This document shows, piece by piece, positions 57,801 through 64,000 of a stretch of 64,000 nucleotides of DNA. The notes beneath the pieces are model-generated. The model did no database searches and was not told the DNA's origin. It saw only the letters and a list, made by a program, of their open reading frames with translations. Made by a program: the position numbers and the translations under genes. The DNA lies in the IMG/VR virus record IMGVR_UViG_3300029922_000013, positions 1 to 64,000 of that record. One strand, written 5' to 3'. How positions within the stretch are numbered: position 1 is the first letter of the stretch; every line of letters starts with the position of its first letter. This DNA comes from a virus.

Positions 57801-58355
57801 ATGGCAGGATCTATTTGGAGTGATTTGGGTAAATTATTGTTGAGCTTTTTAGTTAACAAAACTAATGAAAGTGCTCCTGTGGAGACTAAAGCTCCAGAAC
57901 CAACTGAAAAGCAAGAAGTCGATTGGACAAATCCTGATTGTAAAGTGTCAAAATATTTTACAGTCAAAGAAATGATCTACTTACCAACCTGGAAACGAAT
58001 GGCCAATGAAACGGATGGACTAAACGATCAAATCAAAGAAAATCTCATTAATTTAGCCATGGACATGGATATAGTTCGCGATTATTTCGACAAACCAATC
58101 AATGTTCATGTTACCTACAGACCGCTAGAGTACAATAAGGCTATTGGTGGAGCTTTACACTCAGCCCACAGCGAAGGTGAAGCCATGGATTTTGATATTG
58201 TGGGTATGACTTGCGATGAAGTCAGAGAAGAGCTGGTAAGTAAGAATTTACTCGACAAATGGGGCATGAGATGCGAAAAAGCTCCAGGAAGCAATTGGGT
58301 TCATTTAGATTACAGACAGCTTGCCGCAGGTGGGAATAGGTATTTTATCCCTTAA
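57801..58355 (+). CDS. Peptidase M15 family endolysin candidate
   Basis: YRP..YN..IGGA..SAH..G.AMD ... WVHLD; late motif at 57752. Confidence 0.85.
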   Translation: MAGSIWSDLGKLLLSFLVNKTNESAPVETKAPEPTEKQEVDWTNPDCKVSKYFTVKEMIYLPTWKRMANETDGLNDQIKENLINLAMDMDIVRDYFDKPINVHVTYRPLEYNKAIGGALHSAHSEGEAMDFDIVGMTCDEVREELVSKNLLDKWGMRCEKAPGSNWVHLDYRQLAAGGNRYFIP

Positions 58356-58558
58356 GGTTTGCCACAGATACAGTCGTAATCTTGTTTATCGTATTTAATA
58401 AATAATTTTAGACATGGAGCATCGGAATATAATTTAGGACATCTGCTAGAGCATGTATTGATAACTTCTTTGTCATGATCGTTCCAAGGATAGTTGGTTC
58501 TGTTGATTAAAGATGGATTCGGACAGGCCAACGATAAGAATATCAAAAATTCTGCCAT
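58352..58558 (-). CDS. Small Cys-rich protein
   Basis: ORF track; follows protease. Confidence 0.5.
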   Translation of the reverse strand: MAEFLIFLSLACPNPSLINRTNYPWNDHDKEVINTCSSRCPKLYSDAPCLKLFIKYDKQDYDCICGKP

Positions 58559-58563
58559 AAATA

Positions 58564-59640
58564 CTATTTTTTCTCTTTTTTCTCAACAAAACTATCCATA
58601 TCGCTGCCAACCATCATTTTAGCAAGCTTCTTTTCAGCTTTCATGGATTTGTTTAAACAAAGAACTTGCCCAATAGCCGCGATTTCGCCCTTGGCTAGGT
58701 GTGGCATAGTTTTTGACATATAAGTTTCAAAAGCTTCTCTCTTACCCCAAGCTTTATATTCTTGTTCTGCTCGTTGAAGGAGTGTGGACTTCTTCATCTT
58801 CTTATCTAAAGCTTCTTTTCCCAAGGCAGCTCCACCAACCATATTACCTGGGGCAGTCATTCCTGAGCCTGCAGTCATCGCTTTTTTCATTGATTCGCCT
58901 TTACCGATTTCACCTTGAATAGCTTTAGGAGCTACAGGTCCGAATTTAGGGGAACTAGCCACAGCCATTCTATGGTTCTTTGTTCCTGATTTTCTAGCAG
59001 CTATCGGACGATTTTTGGGGGAACCCACTAGATAAGATGGCTGACCGCCTCTTTGGGCATCCGAAGGGAATTTTTTGCCTGGATTTTGACCTTTAGAAAG
59101 AAGTTCAATAGTAAAAGAAGGCTCAGATTTAAAAATGGAATCTGAGTCAGTTTTTTCAGGATCTGCTGGGATCATTTCGGCGACACAAGTTTTATTTGCC
59201 GGGATATTAGTCAAAGTTATCTTACGAGCCACCGATTTGGTAACTATTAGACCAACCTTATCTATCTTGGAACCCTCGATAGAGAAGCCAACCATCGGTT
59301 GTTCATCTGGATGCTCAGCATCATCCATAAAAAGAGCGGCAACTTCTCTTGAAGAGTCTTTTTTATCATCGAACAAGCGTCCCATTACATACAAAAAGGG
59401 AGTCTTGCATTTTTCCCAATAATATGCGTGCCTGTCATTTTCACAATCTTTATCCGAGAATATTTTTTTATATTCGAGAATTTTACCGCAAATTTGGGAA
59501 GGAAGTTTTGATTCATGCTCGTAATTAAAAGCAGCACCAACCAATGAGGAGCAGTCAATCCCCGCTAGATCAACGATTTCGCCAGCAGTATCAATTGCTT
59601 GACTTGAACCAATTCCATCAATATAAGTGCAGTTAGCCAT
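58564..59640 (-). CDS. Prohead protease
   Basis: IDGIGS...DTAGE, NYEH, GFSIEG, LTNIPAN (HK97/herpes-type fold). Confidence 0.85.
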   Translation of the reverse strand: MANCTYIDGIGSSQAIDTAGEIVDLAGIDCSSLVGAAFNYEHESKLPSQICGKILEYKKIFSDKDCENDRHAYYWEKCKTPFLYVMGRLFDDKKDSSREVAALFMDDAEHPDEQPMVGFSIEGSKIDKVGLIVTKSVARKITLTNIPANKTCVAEMIPADPEKTDSDSIFKSEPSFTIELLSKGQNPGKKFPSDAQRGGQPSYLVGSPKNRPIAARKSGTKNHRMAVASSPKFGPVAPKAIQGEIGKGESMKKAMTAGSGMTAPGNMVGGAALGKEALDKKMKKSTLLQRAEQEYKAWGKREAFETYMSKTMPHLAKGEIAAIGQVLCLNKSMKAEKKLAKMMVGSDMDSFVEKKEKK

Positions 59641-59700
59641 GGATAAACCTCTACATAAAGATTGATTTAGAGATCAAATATTGAAAATTATCTAGCAATA

Positions 59701-60720
59701 TTAAATAGTTGCGGTACTTTTTAAAAAATCCAAACATCTTTGAAAACATTTCCCTTTATTTTTTAAAAAGTCTTTTTCTTTAATATGAAGTATTTTGATA
59801 CCTATAGATTTGAAGTAAGAATCCTTAATTTCATGGTATTTTTTAATATCCTTATCTGGCCAATGAGGTTTAGATCTTTTCAATCCACGAAAGGAATGAT
59901 GGTAGGTTCCGTCAAATTCCACTCCTAATTTGAGTTCTGGTATATAAATATCGATGTCTAGACCATAAATGTGAGGTTTATTTAATATATTTATATTTCT
60001 TTTTCTTAGCTTCGTCGAAGTTGGATAGTATTCTTTTATAAAAGAAGCTAATTCTTTTTCTGGACGAGATTCAGACGATCTTATGGGCATGTGGACACAA
60101 ATTTCATCCATTATTCCCATTCTAAATGCAGCTTTGTAAGCACCAAGATCGTTTTTTTCAAAATCACTTCTAAAAATATATTTTTTAGCAACTTCGTTTA
60201 TTTTTTTATAATTCCAACTATTATAACCTTCTGTCATATGTTCGCAGATTTTATTTAAAATACCTCTTTTATCGGCTGCTGAATAAGCTGCCGGATTTGC
60301 ATTTAAAAAATCTTTTTTACTGTTGTATTTGTTAGCTTCTTCTTGCAATTTTTCTAGAGACCATCTAAAATTAGGGTTGTTCTCACCATTGAAATTTTGA
60401 ATTTTCATATGGGAGCAAACTTTTTGTAGGATGCCAAACTTTTTAGCAGCCTTATATGCCCCATAAGCATGTTTTATAAAATTACTTTTTATATGATATT
60501 TCAGTGCTTCTGTCAAAATTTTTTCTTCATTCCATTTAAAACGAGGATTGTTTTCCCCAGCCATACCCACACGTTTTGGCATGTGGGAACAAACTTGTTC
60601 CATTACGTTAAGTCGTTTCGCAGCTTGATAAGCTGCATAATTGCCTCTCATCAATTTACTTCTGGTAGTGTATTTGTTAGCTTCTTCTTGCAATTTTTCT
60701 AGAGACCATTTGCTTTTCAT
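59701..60720 (-). CDS. Homing endonuclease, 4 tandem repeats plus Vsr/DUF559-like nuclease
   Basis: Third paralogue; DIDIYIPELKLGVEFDGTYHH. Confidence 0.8.
   Translation of the reverse strand: MKSKWSLEKLQEEANKYTTRSKLMRGNYAAYQAAKRLNVMEQVCSHMPKRVGMAGENNPRFKWNEEKILTEALKYHIKSNFIKHAYGAYKAAKKFGILQKVCSHMKIQNFNGENNPNFRWSLEKLQEEANKYNSKKDFLNANPAAYSAADKRGILNKICEHMTEGYNSWNYKKINEVAKKYIFRSDFEKNDLGAYKAAFRMGIMDEICVHMPIRSSESRPEKELASFIKEYYPTSTKLRKRNINILNKPHIYGLDIDIYIPELKLGVEFDGTYHHSFRGLKRSKPHWPDKDIKKYHEIKDSYFKSIGIKILHIKEKDFLKNKGKCFQRCLDFLKSTATI
60324..60709. repeat. 41-bp exact direct repeat (60324-60364 and 60669-60709)
   Basis: Encodes the identical WSLEKLQEEANKY in repeats 1 and 3 of the endonuclease. Confidence 0.85.
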
Positions 60721-60780
60721 GTTATAAAGATTAACACTTTACAATTAAAAAGTCAATATATATTTACAACTTATTGATAT

Positions 60781-62547
60781 TTAAGCTCTTTTGTTTGCTT
60801 CATTAACATTCATTTCAGGATATTCGCAATTTCTTAAAAATTCGCTATCTGCTTTGGCTTCTTCTCTCTCATATATAGGATCTCGTTCAAAGCTAATAAT
60901 TCCCCCTATAGCTCCAAACAAGCTTGCAATAGATACTGCATTGACCAAGGAATCTTGGACGCTTCTAGTCGCATCAAATAGACCCAACTCTTCGGCCTTC
61001 CCGAACTGTTCATTTTCGATGTCATAAACTAGCTGAGGATCTTTAAGAAGCTCCTCTATGATTACTCCAATTTCTTCCCTATCATAGCCCGCATTAGACA
61101 GCAGCTTCTCTGGTAGGCAAAGCAAGGAAGAAAATAGAACGGTCATAGCCGGATCGTTTTCTGGTAGTTTTTCTGCAAGCAACATAGCCATGTCCAAACT
61201 CATTCTGCACCCGCCCGGCAAGCACCCATAGACGATGGCGCTCTTTGCCGCCATAACAGCATCTTCTACTCGGTCAGCCTTCTCTTTAAGGCTCCCAGAG
61301 CTATTACTGAAGATAGTGAGCTTGACAATCCCGCTAGTGAGTTTGCCTAGACGTTCTTCTAGCCAAATTTTCTCTGCGATGCTTTCAGAATTGTCTTTCA
61401 TCTTTTTAAGCTCTTCAGCACGAATTTCAATGTTGAATGGATCACTTTCACCTACAACCGTACTGCGGTAGCGATACATTTCGAACGATTCCATCCCAGT
61501 ACCGAGATCTTTTAGAGTAACTGTGCCTAGTTGATCTTTAAACCCAAACACCTTAGCATTGCAAAAGGCCCCAAGATCCAACAAAAACTGTTGCTGGCTA
61601 TTGACATGCTGAGCCATTGGTGTTCTCATGGGGACGATATTAATAGTACCTGGATTGGCAAAATTGTAAGCTAGTGTAGTCATGACGTTATCAGAAAATC
61701 CATGAGCTACTACGACCACATTTTTAAAGTTTTCGTCGCCATCAGCGTACCTTTGACCAATCTGGTCAAAAATAGGTGACAATCCAATGAGATCGGTAAT
61801 CATTCCATCAAATAGGACAAAAATAGGTTTAATTAAGTGGCATCTAAGTGATGCTTGATCATTGATGTACACATTGCTAAATTTGCCAAGATCTTCCATT
61901 CCGGTTGGAATGGGCATCCCATCAATTCGTTCAACTTTATAGCTATCATTGCCCGTAGCCTCACGAATAGTCACATGGCTGGAATCAGAATAGCCGAGTA
62001 GCTCAAAGCATTCGATAACAGCATCGGCAAGCTCTTTATCCCCATTGGCAGAGATAGTAGCTACTTTGCGGATAAGTTCTTTGTTTTCTTCTGTGATCTT
62101 GATTGCTCGGCTTTCAATGTAAGGAATTAGAATTTCTTTAACTACTTTGTGAATTCTACGGATAGCTTTTTGTGGAGAATACTTGGGATTTTGTTCACAA
62201 AAATCAAACATATGCTTGATGATATTGTAAGATAGAATGGTAGCCGTAGTAGTACCATCGCCTACCGTATTAGCGGTTCTAACAGCTGCATCTCTAGCAG
62301 ATTCGATTATCAGATGCTCATAAGAGTCTTCTGAACCCAAATTCTTAAAGATAGTCACCCCATCTTTAGTCAACCTATTTGGGATGTTAGGAAGACTTTC
62401 TTCAATCAATGTCACACGACCACCTGGGCCGAGAGAACTTCCAACTATGTCCGATACTTTCTTCATTGTCCTTAAAACGATCTTTTTAAGCTGTTCTTGG
62501 TCAGATAAATAAGATTTTGGAGCTGTTTTAGCTTTTCTGATAGACAT
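60781..62547 (-). CDS. groEL: Phage-encoded GroEL-like chaperonin
   Basis: SLGPGG, TKDGVT, GDGTTTAT, ISANGD, ERLGKL, DRVEDA, PGG. Confidence 0.92.
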   Translation of the reverse strand: MSIRKAKTAPKSYLSDQEQLKKIVLRTMKKVSDIVGSSLGPGGRVTLIEESLPNIPNRLTKDGVTIFKNLGSEDSYEHLIIESARDAAVRTANTVGDGTTTATILSYNIIKHMFDFCEQNPKYSPQKAIRRIHKVVKEILIPYIESRAIKITEENKELIRKVATISANGDKELADAVIECFELLGYSDSSHVTIREATGNDSYKVERIDGMPIPTGMEDLGKFSNVYINDQASLRCHLIKPIFVLFDGMITDLIGLSPIFDQIGQRYADGDENFKNVVVVAHGFSDNVMTTLAYNFANPGTINIVPMRTPMAQHVNSQQQFLLDLGAFCNAKVFGFKDQLGTVTLKDLGTGMESFEMYRYRSTVVGESDPFNIEIRAEELKKMKDNSESIAEKIWLEERLGKLTSGIVKLTIFSNSSGSLKEKADRVEDAVMAAKSAIVYGCLPGGCRMSLDMAMLLAEKLPENDPAMTVLFSSLLCLPEKLLSNAGYDREEIGVIIEELLKDPQLVYDIENEQFGKAEELGLFDATRSVQDSLVNAVSIASLFGAIGGIISFERDPIYEREEAKADSEFLRNCEYPEMNVNEANKRA

Positions 62548-62578
62548 CGGTGGTTGTTCCCTCGGCTTTTAGTGTTTA

Positions 62579-63178
62579 TTAAGCGGTAGCTTCAGCAGGT
62601 GCGGCTTCTGGAGTAGCATCAGCGGACGCCGATTGAGCGTCTTCGGCTGGCGCTGCAGCAGCTTCTGGGGCTTTAGGAGTAATAATATTGTAGGCTTCTA
62701 GAACATTGATAGAAGCTCCTTGATCGCCTACAGGAATGTTGTCACCCGTTTTAGCACCATCAAGTTTATTCCGAACTTCTTCGTGTTGCAAAGAAGAAAG
62801 CAAGAACTGCATACGTGGATTAACAATCTTACCACTTGCATCAGCTTCGTTGATAATCACGAATGATTCCTTCGAAATAGTGTCGGTAGCAGCTAGAAGC
62901 CCGCTTTCTACCATTTGCGTCACCTTGCTAGAAAGTTCTTTTACATTGTTTTCGGTCATGAAACTAGCGATGGCTTCATCAGTAATGGTTTCGCCTTGAT
63001 TGGAGGCTTTAACAACAGCGTCAAGCTTATTATTGAGAAGCTTTAGTGCCTCTTTAAAGTTACCAAGATCGCGGGCCATTGGCTCCATAGGTTGAAGAGC
63101 CTGAATAATCTGGTGTACTACTTTCTCTAGATCTTCAAGTCGTTCGGTTGCATTCTTTTTGTTTTCAGTATCTGACAT
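62579..63178 (-). CDS. Hypothetical protein upstream of chaperonin
   Basis: AAGGAG RBS, TGATATAA motif upstream. Confidence 0.7.
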   Translation of the reverse strand: MSDTENKKNATERLEDLEKVVHQIIQALQPMEPMARDLGNFKEALKLLNNKLDAVVKASNQGETITDEAIASFMTENNVKELSSKVTQMVESGLLAATDTISKESFVIINEADASGKIVNPRMQFLLSSLQHEEVRNKLDGAKTGDNIPVGDQGASINVLEAYNIITPKAPEAAAAPAEDAQSASADATPEAAPAEATA

Positions 63179-63272
63179 GTTTATTTCTCCTTGTTTTAAG
63201 TATCTACTCTTCTTATATCATAAGTTGCTTTTTGTTTGACTTTTTACAAATATATATATAGTGTCTATAGTT

Positions 63273-64000
63273 ATGAAAGTCAAGATATTATCGCCCACTA
63301 AAGCGTATATAATGCAAGCTTCCAATGAAGAAATGGAATCTCTAGCAGATCAGCTTACTTATATCGATCTGGCTGTTAAGTATGAGCTAAAAAGACTATC
63401 TCAAAACTTATGGTATAGGAATTCTAACCCCATAAAGTGGCAACTTCAGTGTGATTCACTAAAAGTGAAACTTAAACAAACTCTTATTTTTGATGAAAAT
63501 GGTATAAAATATATACGGCCTGGTAGCTTGCCCTATTTGACGGGTCTATCCGTAGACGTAGATAATCAAGTAATATATCCCACCCCCAAAAAGATCCCAT
63601 GGCAAAAACCTCTGCCATTTACTTTATACGACTTTCAAGGGCTTTCTGTTGAAAAATTAATCGATGGAAAACATGACAACGTAGAATTATGCACAGGTGC
63701 AGGAAAATCTGCAATAATTTTAAGTGTTTGCAGAGAAACTGGTTTTAGATGTGCTATAGTTGCGCCTTCTAAGGGGATTTTTAATGAACTAGTGGAAAAA
63801 TTCGAGTATCATCTAGGTAAAGGGAATGTGGGTAAGTTCGGAGATGGAAAGAAAAAGATAGGAAAAAGAATAACCATTTGTATAGGCGATAGTCTGTGCA
63901 ACCTAAAACGAGGCACAGAAGAGTGGGACTTCTTCTCTAAGTTGGACATGATTGTTTGCGATGAGTCACACACTCTTCCAGCAGAAACTCTAGAGCAAGT
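63273..64000 (+). CDS. SF2 (UvsW-like) DNA helicase, 3' truncated
   Basis: Manual translation: LYDFQ, ELCTGAGKS Walker A, IVCDESH Walker B; open to window end. Confidence 0.85.
   Translation, partial: MKVKILSPTKAYIMQASNEEMESLADQLTYIDLAVKYELKRLSQNLWYRNSNPIKWQLQCDSLKVKLKQTLIFDENGIKYIRPGSLPYLTGLSVDVDNQVIYPTPKKIPWQKPLPFTLYDFQGLSVEKLIDGKHDNVELCTGAGKSAIILSVCRETGFRCAIVAPSKGIFNELVEKFEYHLGKGNVGKFGDGKKKIGKRITICIGDSLCNLKRGTEEWDFFSKLDMIVCDESHTLPAETLEQ

Noticed and set aside
1-64000. Alternative genetic code, introns or inteins
   Set aside because: Standard code gives dense, full-length genes using all three stop codons; TerL, portal, MCP and GroEL appear uninterrupted.

Overview
64-kb segment of a large lytic-type myovirus genome; no host chromosomal genes are recognisable. 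1-13.2 kb is a + strand early/host-takeover region of small genes: SAM lyase, ArdC-type metallopeptidase, pilin-like protein, lipoproteins, a tRNA with UAU anticodon and a minimal tyrosine recombinase. It is punctuated by five sigma54-type promoters and seven copies of a fixed-spacing bipartite motif. 13.2-63 kb is the morphogenesis region on both strands: fibre-like proteins, tail tube and sheath, neck proteins, scaffold, major capsid protein, large terminase, portal, MuF-like protein, prohead protease and a phage GroEL, marked by a candidate late promoter AATCTTTA and interrupted by several homing endonucleases. An SF2 helicase runs off the right end. The pilin-like and lipoprotein cargo plus sigma54 use suggest a Bdellovibrionota/deltaproteobacterial-type host (inference). 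Best candidate for a new system: a phage-encoded mCpol (minimal Cas10-like nucleotide cyclase) protein co-located with a 2H phosphoesterase (Acb1-like) among probable head-packaged proteins sharing a K-[S/A]-E maturation tag, i.e. a possible virion-delivered cyclic-nucleotide write/erase module. All product calls are from motif recognition by eye; no database searches were run.
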